From Octopus bimaculoides (lineage: Eukaryota), in the NCBI RefSeq assembly GCF_001194135.2, contig NC_068990.1:2463460-2523305 (forward strand): a stretch of 59,846 nt of DNA, written 5' to 3'. Made by a program: the position numbers and the translations under genes. The notes under the pieces were generated by a model, which saw nothing but the letters and a program-made list of their open reading frames with translations, was not told the origin of the DNA and searched no databases. Shown here piece by piece: positions 38,729 through 49,629 of the stretch. Each line of letters starts with the position of its first letter. Position 1 is the first letter of the stretch.

Positions 38729-39243
38729 GAGTGAGAGCGCAGTACATGGCATCAAAGTGACCCTGGGGTACAAATATTCGAAGCCCACTATACCCATCGC
38801 GATCACCTGTCAGATAAGAATGCACATGCATCACAAGCATATGCGCGTGGCATTGTGATCTCATATCTATATAAAGAACGCATGACCTTGCAAGTGGGTT
38901 CGAGAAGCCCACCACGCTGAACGGTGAATAAGGGTTGTTTAATAATGACGAAGAAAAACCCCATATTTCCAAAAGTGAATGTTTCAAACCCCAAAGAATC
39001 CCTTCCAACACATGGGTATGATGCTCCCCGACTATTCCTCCTCGAGGTACAAGTATCTTACGTCACTAAAGGCTATGCTCAACAAGTTAAGGTCAAGCAA
39101 ATCTACAAGCAAATCTAGTATCAGGTAGAATATTTACTGGAGCCCATCTTTTACACCAAGAGAAACATGTACATGTTAACACTACCAATCAGTTAAGATC
39201 AGGAAGTATGAGAGTCACTGCCTGATACTGCAGAGAGCATCAC
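38729..39243 (-). mobile_element. Unclassified non-coding retroposon or LINE 3' UTR family ending ...CTCTCACTC(AAT)n
   Basis: Reverse complement aligns with 54124-54500 and 53807-53870; abuts (ATT)n at 38665-38728. Confidence 0.7.
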
Positions 39244-39253
39244 TTTTTTTTTA

Positions 39254-39925
39254 AGGCGCTGACATGACAGCATCGTTAACCCACCAGACACAATGTTTAA
39301 CGTCATTTCGCCTATCTTTGCACTCTGAGTTTAAATTACGCCGAAGTTAAATCTGCCTTTCGAGGTCCGATGAAGCATGTACCAGTTGGACAAAAGAGTC
39401 AATGTAATTAACTAGCCCTCTCCCCTAAAATTACTGTTGATTCGGCGAGGTGGCAGGATTGGCAATACGTAAGATAAAATTCTTAGTGGTATTTCGTACG
39501 TGTTTACATTGCTAATTCACATTCCGCCGAGTTCCACTTTGCTTTTCGTTCTTTTGGGATCGACCAAATAATTACCATCCAAGTACTGAGGTCGATATAA
39601 TCGACTAGCTACCTTCCCCCAAAACTCAGTCCTTGTGCCTATAAAATAAATGATTACTATTATTATTCTTAATGTTTTCGCCATTCCCGTCGACATCTGT
39701 TTTGTCTCAATGTTGGCAGATTGGGAGAGTCAACAACGTATCTGAAGAAATGTGTTTGAGATTTGTTCTGAGTCTTGTTTGAGATTTGTTCTGCCGAGTT
39801 CAACTCTACATTTCATTCTTTCCTGGTCGTTCTATTAAAATACCAGTGAGATAAGGGAGACAACTTAACGTTCTCTCTGAAATTTTATGCCTTGTACTTA
39901 TGCTAGAAAAAAAAATTCTTATTGT
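39254..39925 (+). mobile_element. Three head-to-tail SINE family 2 copies of differing divergence
   Basis: Heads near 39254, 39443 and 39705; shared TTCCGCCGAG / ACTGAGGTCGAT / CCTTGTGCCTA motifs. Confidence 0.65.
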
Positions 39926-41230
39926 TTTCATTATCAACTTGAATGTTACCAGCAATAACAACTTTTAGAATATATTTAGGTATTTATTTATTATCGCTTC
40001 GGTTTTCTTAAACCTTTTCGCATGAAATATCTTAAATAATGGAGTAAAGCAAATCATGTACATCTACAAATATACTGAGACAAACAAGCACACATACTCG
40101 TGCGATAGGACAAGAAAGATAAAAATTATGAATACGGAAAGAAGGGGAAAAACGCAGCGTTTTGTTGTGGAAGATTGAAGAAAATTGTGATATCAAACGG
40201 TATTTGTGTTTAACGTATCACAAAACAGTTGCGGTTCTGTCATATATAATAATAGCGTATGTAATTAGAAAAATATGGGGTATTAAGAAAACAATATAAA
40301 TGTATAATATGGATTTTTTTACAGCATATTTAGACAAAAATCTATCATGGCATAAAAGGAAAGAAAAATATAGAAAGCCATACACCCTTATTGTATATTA
40401 CATGTTTTAGTAATAACAAAAAAAAAACATTTATATATTAAAGCTCATAAATTTTTATTTGCTACTTAGATATATATTTTAGTTCTTTGAGATGTTTACT
40501 ATTGTTTCTGTTGGAAGATAATAAAATTTACATAATGCTCTTTCTAAAAGAAACTTATCAAGCTCTACATCAACTATTCGTATTGGACTTGCTGATGCAT
40601 TATACATAAGATGTTGCACAATGTTTGCATTATACAACTCCACGCCCCTCCAAAAATCAATATATAGAAATATAACAACACAGTAAGATACAACGAGGAA
40701 GGATAAAAAGAAAAAAAGATAACATCACGCGTCCACATATACAGGCACTAATATATGCACAAATACATATAAATATAGACACATACATAATGTTTATTCT
40801 AAGAAATTTATTTTATTCTCAACAAAGTTTCTCCGTTGCTTTAAGAGTTATGCTAACGAAGATTATTGAGTTACTATGGCTTCCCATAAGAGGAAGGAAA
40901 AAAGAACTTAATGTGAATCAAACATACATTGTCTTTAAATCTTACTTCAACATTTATACTCAACTACCTATGTTTTGTTTTTACTCTTGTATTGTTGTTG
41001 ATATTTCAAATATCATCTTATTTCTCTGGATATTGTAGTAGAACTTCAGGTGTGTTGGATCGCTGTCTCTCATTTCATTGCATTTTTGTATACACATATT
41101 TATATTTTCCTGTTATTGTTGGTAATCTATGTAATATATATGGGAACTCACTATCATGGCTTATTTTTGGTAGATTATTTGCATGACTAAGTCATGTGAT
41201 ATTCGTTATACACACACGCACACGCACACG

Positions 41231-41274
<44 letters not shown>

Positions 41275-42880
41275 CATTTCCTTGTATACTTCATCGTTGC
41301 TGTTGAACATTTCATTATCAGAATTGCTTGCGATAACGCTGTCTATGGCTTCAGTTATTTCTCTTATTTTTTCTGCATTTTCACATTACCTCTGGCCTCT
41401 TTAGACGTGGGTGGTTGTTTGAAGCAAGGATCGGTAATGCTTTCCTGGAAACATTTTTTATATGACGTTATTTGACAATAATATCAGGAGCAAACGCCTT
41501 TTTATTGGAAAACGGGCATGAATCAAATCATAGTTGTGCTTTTATTTGCAGAACCATTACGTTGAAATTTCATGATACTGGAAGAGAATACTCTAGCTTT
41601 AGCGTTTCACCCCCAAACTTACTATTAGAGACAATGCGATCTCTAATCTCACCTTAATTGTTACCTTTCGTGAATATACGTTCTACATTGTGATTTATTG
41701 CTTATCTTTGAAACTTTCTTGTGAGAAAGATTGTACCTTTTTGTACCTTAAGAGAGATTGTACCTAGAATTTTTTGATTTTAGTTCTAAATTCAATTATC
41801 TACGGTTTAAATTTTCTTTTCAGGAATGCGTCTGAGAATCTTGACTATGTTCTGTCCCTGAACTAGTCCTAACAATCCGAAAGGAGTTTCCCGTTTGATC
41901 TGGTTTTCTGGAAATGTGTTTGAATATATGTAGTCTCTGATATATCATATAAATGTTATTTATTATTTAAATTTTATTTGCAGAAGAATATGATTTTGCA
42001 GAAGGTTTCCATTGAGCAATTCCAAGGCGTTTTCTAGGACGATTTGGTAAGTCATTACAGTGTGAACTGAAATAATATTTCCACTAATGAATATAGTCAA
42101 GGAACAGAAGATTTGACTATCCTTTCCTAAGGGCTCAGAATATAAGAGATTTGGTCAAAGGTTTTTGATGAGCGATTCTTGTGCGATTCTGACATCAAAA
42201 TTCATGCTGCATTCAGAAACCTCTACCAATCGGCAGCACATGCATCCTGCTACAGAGAGCAGAACGAAATACAGTATAGTAGGGAGACTTCGACATGCTC
42301 GACGATAATCTGGCTAGCTTCTAATAAAGGTCTTTGGCTTAGGGATTATGAACAACACCGCAAAAGTCCTACACTTGCAGTGTTATTGGGTGTTGGGGAG
42401 ACGATGCAAATTATATCTACATATTCGGAAGTAACATCGGTCTGCAAACCATGATACCGTTCTCACTATATCTGATCAGCGCTCACGATATACGGAGATA
42501 TATTAGAAAGTGTGATTTTGTATAACGGGTTTATTTTTGTATTTATTGCCTGCCCAATGTGACAGCTGTTGTACAGTGAAGGTGGTAAATATAGTAGAGA
42601 ATAACAGTCTGTTTCAGTGCTCATGGTTTCATAAATTATCTAAAGCAACAAATGATGGCGATGCTTCAATTTGGTCGCCAGGCGTTACACTCTAACAACG
42701 TTGGAGACAGTTTGATGTAAGTGTAAAAGTCGGTTATTTATGGGAGAACCAGCATTTCGATTCAGCCTAAAGATTTCAACAAGATATAAAGATGTGTGAA
42801 AAAGATCTGATTGTAAAATGAACATTTTAGTTTCGTGTCAAATGGAGTTTTCCTCTGCTGTTTCTTCCTCTCCTCCTCCT

Positions 42881-43100
42881 AGGTGAGCTGGCAGAATTGT
42901 AACTGCGTCGGACAAACTGCTTAACAGCATTTCTGCAAACTGTTTACGTTCTGAGTTGTATTCCCGCTGCGGTCAACGTTACTTTCATCCTTTCGGGGGT
43001 AGATAATATATGTAGGTGTCAGATCCAGTATCTGACACCTTTAATTTAATCGACTTGCCCCTCCCCTCAAAATTGCTTACTTAGTGTGAAAATTTGAAAC
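42881..43100 (+). mobile_element. SINE family 2 copy
   Basis: GGTGAGCTGGCAGAATTG...TTTCATCCTTTCGGGG...ATCGACTTGCCCCTCCCCTCAAAATTGCT. Confidence 0.8.
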
Positions 43101-43204
43101 CATTGTTGTTGTTACACTTGGTGTTGTTGCTCTTCTTTTTCTTCTTTTTTGTCTTCATCATATAGGCATCATTATCATTTCTTCTTCTTCTTCTTCTTCT
43201 TCTT

Positions 43205-43268
<64 letters not shown>

Positions 43269-43269
<1 letters not shown>

Positions 43270-45091
43270 GTGGTGCCACTGCATTGCTGAGCACAGCTCT
43301 GTATGCCTTGGTTATGATTTGTGGTTTGGTTTGATGATATTATTTTTACTGTATTAAAAGTGATTTAAGTAGCATGTGGGAAGTGCCTAGCAGCGCTGTT
43401 TTATGCATGCTATATATATTCGTAAGTCCTAGTATTTTGTTTTTCTATTTGTCAGTATGTTTTTTAACCATACCTTAAAGGGATAATTTCTGATTTTGCA
43501 TTCAGGTTTTTTTTTCTGTTTCTAGATCTTTGCATTTCGAGAGTTTCTCGCACTGTGCTTGCTAATGATTTCACCTTCTTTGCAGCTACAGTTGCTGCAC
43601 TTCCATCATGCTGTTCAGCCTGGCTATTACGCATAAACTCACTTGAAAATTTTTTGCTGTACTTTATAACAGAATGAAGCTTTTTACTTCTTGCATCACC
43701 TCTGTTATTCTCAAATCATCCTGCTGATACCTCCACTCTCCTCTTTGAGTGTCTTTAACCACTCTGCTTCAATTTCGTATCGTTTCTCCTGAGACTGTAT
43801 ATTTGCCCAGAATCTTTTGCTTTCTTCAGCATCCGGCACGGCTTTTTCACCTTTTTCTTTCCCATCCAGTTCCTGATAGACTCTTTTATGATTCTGTTCG
43901 AAAAGTCTGTTTAATCTCTATTATTCAATTCTCTGTTCATATCTCCTTAGCTTATGTACTTTAGCTTTCAACCTCTGTTTTAATTCCTCGTTCACAACAT
44001 TGATTCCCTTTCTCTTCATCTCTTTTTTCCCGTTCCAAAATATTAATGTCTTCTAGTTTAGTTAATACACTGCTCCTTTCTCCTTTTCCATCATGGTTCC
44101 TTCAGGTTACGTTGACTTTTACATTTAGCATTAAGACCTATTTTGCGGGCTATACATATCGAGATAGCATTTATCAGATTGTGGGTGTCTGTGATGTTGT
44201 CAGTTCTGATATCATCAGCGATATCATGTATCTTGCTGACCCATCAATTGAGTTTCTTTCTGTCTATTTTTTAAACCCCCGTATAAAAGCTCTGTTCACC
44301 AGAGGTCCAAGTGTCAATGATTTCGTTTAAACTGGATATCTCTCCCTCGGTTCTCACATCGCTTTTCTCATTCTCATACTCGTTTTCTTCCTTCAACTCT
44401 ACTGCCATAGTTTCACTATCTGCATTCTCTTCCTCATCCTTCCGTTCACCCCTGGTCTTACTATTTTCCTAAGCACCCGTCTCTTAATGCTTTCTAGTTC
44501 AACGGGAGATAACCATTCATTCTTTCTGATGGCTCTAGCTTGTCACACAGATTTTGTTCACTTAATCCAAAAAGGCCTCTGTCGCTCCATGCTTGTGCAT
44601 TCTGTACCTATATACCGTAGTGGGAATTTCATTATTATTTTTCGGATTACTCAGAAAGTAGCACATCATTAGAAACACATTCATATGTTTCGTCCACTTT
44701 CTTTTCGCGGTTGCTTGATGAAGACTGGGCCCATGCTCCTCACCCGTGGGGCACCCGTGGGGCGGGAGACCTTCAAAAGTTCTACTAGCCTGATTTACGC
44801 TGTTCTCATTTCTATTTTTATTTGACATTTCAGCACTCATGATGAGGTTTAGTGACTTCGAGGTTGCTCAAACACCAGTATTTTTACCCCCCGTGACACC
44901 ATCACGGACAGGGTCTCCAATCTATGATATAGGATTCGTGTAGTTCTGGAAGGGGTGTTCAAGCATTATGATTGCTTCTGCCTCTTAGGTATATGCTATT
45001 TTGATGGTCGTTGCCTAGTAAGAGTTTAATAGCCCTTATTAAACAAGTCTTGTATTTCTTCCTGTAGGGTGTCAAAAAAGCAAGAATCAGA

Positions 45092-45092
<1 letters not shown>
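43269..45092 (-). mobile_element. Internally deleted R4/Dong-like element retaining apparent 5' and 3' ends, flanked by (TAA)n on both sides
   Basis: KRKWTKHMNVFLMMCYFLSNP...YRYRMH (N-terminus), PDAEESKRFWANI, EKLSKCKDLE, LGLTNIYSMHKTALLGTSHML (C-terminus); no YMDD region. Confidence 0.85.
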
Positions 45093-45146
<54 letters not shown>

Positions 45147-45718
45147 GTTCAGTAGTTTTATTTTTATAACGTGCTTTCACTTCACTACCGAGCGCAGCTC
45201 TGTGCGCCTTGGGTATGCCCTGTGGTTTGCTGTGATACTCTTAGGGTTACTGTATTGAAANNNNNNNNNNNNNNNNNNNNNNNNNNNNNNNNNNNNNNNN
45301 NNNNNNNNNNNNNNNNNNNNNNNNNNNNNNNNNNNNNNNNNNNNNNNNNNNNNNNNNNNNNNNNNNNNNNNNNNNNNNNNNNNNNNNNNNNNNNNNNNNN
45401 NNNNNNNNNNNNNNNNNNNNNNNNNNNNNNNNNNNNNNNNNNNNNNNNNNNNNNNNNNNNNNNNNNNNNNNNNNNNNNNNNNNNNNNNNNNNNNNNNNNN
45501 NNNNNNNNNNNNNNNNNNNNNNNNNNNNNNNNNNNNNNNNNNNNNNNNNNNNNNNNNNNNNNNNNNNNNNNNNNNNNNNNNNNNNNNNNNNNNNNNNNNN
45601 NNNNNNNNNNNNNNNNNNNNNNNNNNNNNNNNNNNNNNNNNNNNNNNNNNNNNNNTTATACCATCTTTTTTATGTTGTTATTCCATAGTGTTGACATAGC
45701 TTCCAGTGTATATAGGTC
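45147..45718 (-). mobile_element. 5'-truncated R4/Dong-like copy (centre in N gap) between (TAA)n tracts
   Basis: Starts GACCTATATACACTGGAAGCTATG (TYIHWKLCQHYGITT); ends AAAACTACTGAA(C)(AAT)n. Confidence 0.8.
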
Positions 45719-45771
<53 letters not shown>

Positions 45772-45791
45772 GTAGTAGTAGTAGTAGCATA

Positions 45792-45835
<44 letters not shown>

Positions 45836-45842
45836 TAGTAGC

Positions 45843-45882
<40 letters not shown>

Positions 45883-46410
45883 TATCAGGAAATGAATGAT
45901 AATTTCATTTTCTATCATCATAGCTGAATAAAGATCGACCACTTGTAAATGTTAAATACCGTTGAAATAAAATTATGTTACATTTTCATTATTTATACGA
46001 AAGCGATATTAAAATAACATATCAAAATGAAGTAAAATATAAAATGCCAAAGAATTCCAAATACATTTGTCTTGAAATGATGTAAAATAACTTGCGTGTG
46101 CTAAACGAAGCGAATATTTAAAATTTCAATACATTTTGATCATTCATTTTAAAAATAAGTATTTGATTCATGTATTTGTATATAGCACAAGAGGTAGAAA
46201 TGCATTAGTAACTGATGTTAATGCATATAATAATGATAGATAATTATGTGGCTGAAGAATTTCTACAGTTGTATGCAGATAAGAAAGTAGTTTTTTTCTT
46301 TAGAAATTTGCTAATTTCTTTCATTGCAATGTTCGTAATATATATTTTCCCAAAACATATTAGCTTCCAAATGTTGCATATGAGGATACTGGTTTGGTCT
46401 TTCTGAGACG

Positions 46411-46443
<33 letters not shown>

Positions 46444-47279
46444 TGTACGTACGTACGTACGTATATAAGTATTGTTTGTGTATGTATATATATATATATC
46501 ATTGTGTTGAATATATTTTGTATTGATTGTCCAAGTAGATAAGTGCTAGATATTTAAGAAAGTAGTGCTGTAATATGAATGCATATACTAAAAGTATTAG
46601 AATTTTAAAATTAAGCAAAATAGTTGTAGGTTTGAATACAAATCCAAAGGTTCTAGTGGGGAGGTAGAAAAATGTATTTCAAAGTAGAATACAATTACAT
46701 ATACATGCATATGTTCGTACATATGCATATATATANNNNNNNNNNNNNNNNNNNNNNNNNNNNNNNNNNNNNNNNNNNNNNNNNNNNNNNNNNNNNNNNN
46801 NNNNNNNNNNNNNNNNNNNNNNNNNNNNNNNNNNNNNNNNNNNNNNNNNNNNNNNNNNNNNNNNNNNNNNNNNNNNNNNNNNNNNNNNNNNNNNNNNNNN
46901 NNNNNNNNNNNNNNNNNNNNNNNNNNNNNNNNNNNNNNNNNNNNNNNNNNNNNNNNNNNNNNNNNNNNNNNNNNNNNNNNNNNNNNNNNNNNNNNNNNNN
47001 NNNNNNNNNNNNNNNNNNNNNNNNNNNNNNNNNNNNNNNNNNNNNNNNNNNNNNNNNNNNNNNNNNNNNNNNNNNNNNNNNNNNNNNNNNNNNNNNNNNN
47101 NNNNNNNNNNNNNNNNNNNNNNNNNNNNNNNNNNNNNNNNNNNNNNNNNNNNNNNNNNNNNNNNNNNNNNNNNNNNNNNNNNNNNNNNNNNNNNNNNNNN
47201 NNNNNNNNNNNNNNNNNNNNGTGTCCTTTATAACCTTCGAACAGGGGAGGTCAGCAGTGTCCCCCTGCTGGTTTGGCAT

Positions 47280-47324
47280 CTGCAGACTAGACTAGTTTCA
47301 GGGTGTTGCCCCTTGTCAATGCAG
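47280..47324 (-). ncRNA. Degenerate minimal hammerhead ribozyme (family F)
   Basis: CTGCA-TTGACAA-GGGG-CAACA-CCCT-GAAAC-TA-GTC-(TAGTC duplicated)-TGCAG; stem I CTGCA/TGCAG, palindromic ACTAGT, GUC site. Confidence 0.65.
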
Positions 47325-47939
47325 AGTGTGTGTGTGTGTGTGTACTAGCAGCTAAGCCTAGTTTCCCTCGGTCTGTTTGGATGATGTGGCCGTGATCGTT
47401 TTCGGTTAGGCATAATCTATAACAACGGTTCTCAACCTTGTCATTTCGGGTCCCCTGATTCGATTAGAGCCTCCAATAGTATGAACATTTTCTGACTTCC
47501 CCGCTGTCAGAAAATAGCTTCAGGCGTTGTGAAGAACGAATTTGTACGCAGCCTGTTTCTGAGAGCTATTCTATTGGACCTCTGTCTAATTATCAACACT
47601 TTGGGTGATCTTTCGATATGAGAACACACGACTGTCACTTACAAACCATTTATAAACCACGTGAGTTTATTTACCTTGTTGAAGATAATCTTCGGTTTCC
47701 GTAAAAAATTATTATTCTTTTTATATGGGGTTCGGTGGAAAGAGGTTCATTTGCAATCGGTGTGAAAGCGAAAGAGACGGAGAGAGCGCGATTGTATGAG
47801 TGAAGTTATTTTGAAGTTGGCGTGAAGCAGAGGAATTGATGTGCGTACGTGCGTGTGTGTGTGAGAGAGAGTGTGTGAGTGTGTGAGAGTGCGTGTGTGT
47901 GTGTGTGTGTTTGATGGGGGTGTACGAGATAGAATGTGT

Positions 47940-48205
47940 GGAGCTGGGACCTATATACACTGGAAGCTATGCCAACACTATGGAATAACAACAGAAAAAA
48001 TATGGTATAGGCACGCGCCAGAAAAGGTCACAGAAAACGAGAAAGCAACCATACTCTGGGATATGCCAATACACACAGATAGAGAAATTAAGCCAAATAG
48101 ACCTGATATAGTTGTCAAAGATCATGNNNNNNNNNNNNNNNNNNNNNNNNNNNNNNNNNNNNNNNNNNNNNNNNNNNNGTGAAAGCAACTATATAAAAAA
48201 AACTA

Positions 48206-48210
<5 letters not shown>
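47940..48210 (+). mobile_element. 5'-truncated R4/Dong-like copy, endonuclease region plus 3' end
   Basis: GTYIHWKLCQHYGITTEKIWYRHAPEKVTENEKATILWDMPIHTDREIKPNRPDIVVKD; ends AAAACTACTGAA(TAA)n. Confidence 0.88.
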
Positions 48211-48264
<54 letters not shown>

Positions 48265-48274
48265 TAATAATAAT

Positions 48275-48455
48275 AACATCGAAAAATCCCCTAGGAATGA
48301 GAACCCATGTTCTAAATTTCCCCAAGACACCTGATGAAGGCTGGAGGGCATATCAGCTGAAACATTATGTTAACAACAAACAAGAAGAGGACAAATATCT
48401 GTCAATTGTAAATAATGAAAATAATGTACATAATTCCTCATCTCTTAAAAATAGA
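48275..48455 (+). mobile_element. Hammerhead-bearing repeat family A, copy 2
   Basis: Collinear with 22-170; begins immediately after the (TAA)n tail of the Dong-like copy. Confidence 0.75.
48327..48370 (+). ncRNA. Minimal hammerhead ribozyme (family A), core intact, stem III decayed
   Basis: ACAC-CTGATGA-A-GGCTG-GAGGGCATAT-CAGCT-GAAAC-ATT-ATGT; ACGT changed to ACAT, consistent with CpG decay. Confidence 0.65.
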
Positions 48456-48559
48456 ATAGAATAGATAGATAAATAGATAAATAGATAGATAGATATATAG
48501 ACAGGTAGATAGATAGCTAGATAAACGTTAAATTATATGATATAAATCATTTTGCTCAT

Positions 48560-49265
48560 TGCTGTAGTTGAGGCAATTTAAATCGAACCAACAACATTCC
48601 GATCGGAATATCAACTTACAATCAGCTTACATTAGCGATGTCAAGTATGATTTTCATATTATATTTTTTCTTTAATTTTCGCATTGTTTGTTAGTGTGAT
48701 ACCCTTGTCAAACTTCAGGCTTTTTAAACATTCTATGTCAGACTTAAGTACATTAATCTGGTGTTGAATACGCTCTTGCCAAATACACTTTTTGTGGGAA
48801 TGTTTTCACACTCTTTTCAGCGCATAAAATCATTGAGATTTTCGTGGATGCATAGTGCAAGGCAGTTTGTACCCATTACTTTCACGTTTAGTTAGAATTG
48901 CTAATTTTTGAGAGTGTCGCGTTCATTCATACTAGTTTCTTTAATTTTTAGCCATTCAATGATGATTTGACTTTTTAGATCATGTAGTTCTGTTGGGTCA
49001 ATTTCTGTGTGCCTTTCTTCATCTATTTGATTTTCATCTGCCTTAGTGTTTATAGTTGGTTCAGAGAATATTTCACTTTGCTTATAAATTTGTATTAAGT
49101 CTTTGACTAATTATTGCATTTTCATGAGATCTGGGTTGATCTATAATTATTTCCTCAGTAGTATCTTCTTTAGCTAGAACTTCTTTCCTTTTATCCCTTA
49201 CTGATTGTTTAATTTGGTCAATCTCTAATTCAGTCAGTAATTTCTTTTTCATAAAGTGTGACTAT
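48560..49265 (-). mobile_element. R4/Dong-like N-terminal relic
   Basis: MKKKLLTELEIDQIKQSV...EWLKIKETSMNERDTL...TMRKLKKKYNM. Confidence 0.6.
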
Positions 49266-49289
49266 AGCATTTTTTCTGTTGTTGTTGTT

Positions 49290-49627
49290 CAGTGTCCGGG
49301 CATTGGTGACTTGTGGGGTTATGTCGAACAGCTGCTTTCAAGCATGGGACGGATCCGTCGGCCGAGTCTCTAGTGATGATCGCACCTCTGCCCAACTTTA
49401 ATTGAGGAGGGAAGGCTCAATTAAATGTGGAGAAGGAGGTTATTTGGTGGACTAGGCTGAAAGGTATGGCGACCGATACATTCCTCTTTGGTAGTGTTCT
49501 CATTGAATTCTTTAAATTTCATTTTTAAAGGAGGCTGAGAGTGGAGAGGGAAGTGCTTTCCTCGAGTACATTTATTGGAAGGTGGGTAACAGTTGCGAAA
49601 ATTGTAAAAGTGGATGGTACCTCATCC
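49290..49627 (+). mobile_element. L1/Tx1-clade ORF2 C-terminal fragment
   Basis: CPGIGDLWGYVEQLLS...EKEVIWWTRLKG...FFKFHF*RRLRVEREVLSSSTFIGRWV. Confidence 0.65.
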
Positions 49628-49629
49628 AC

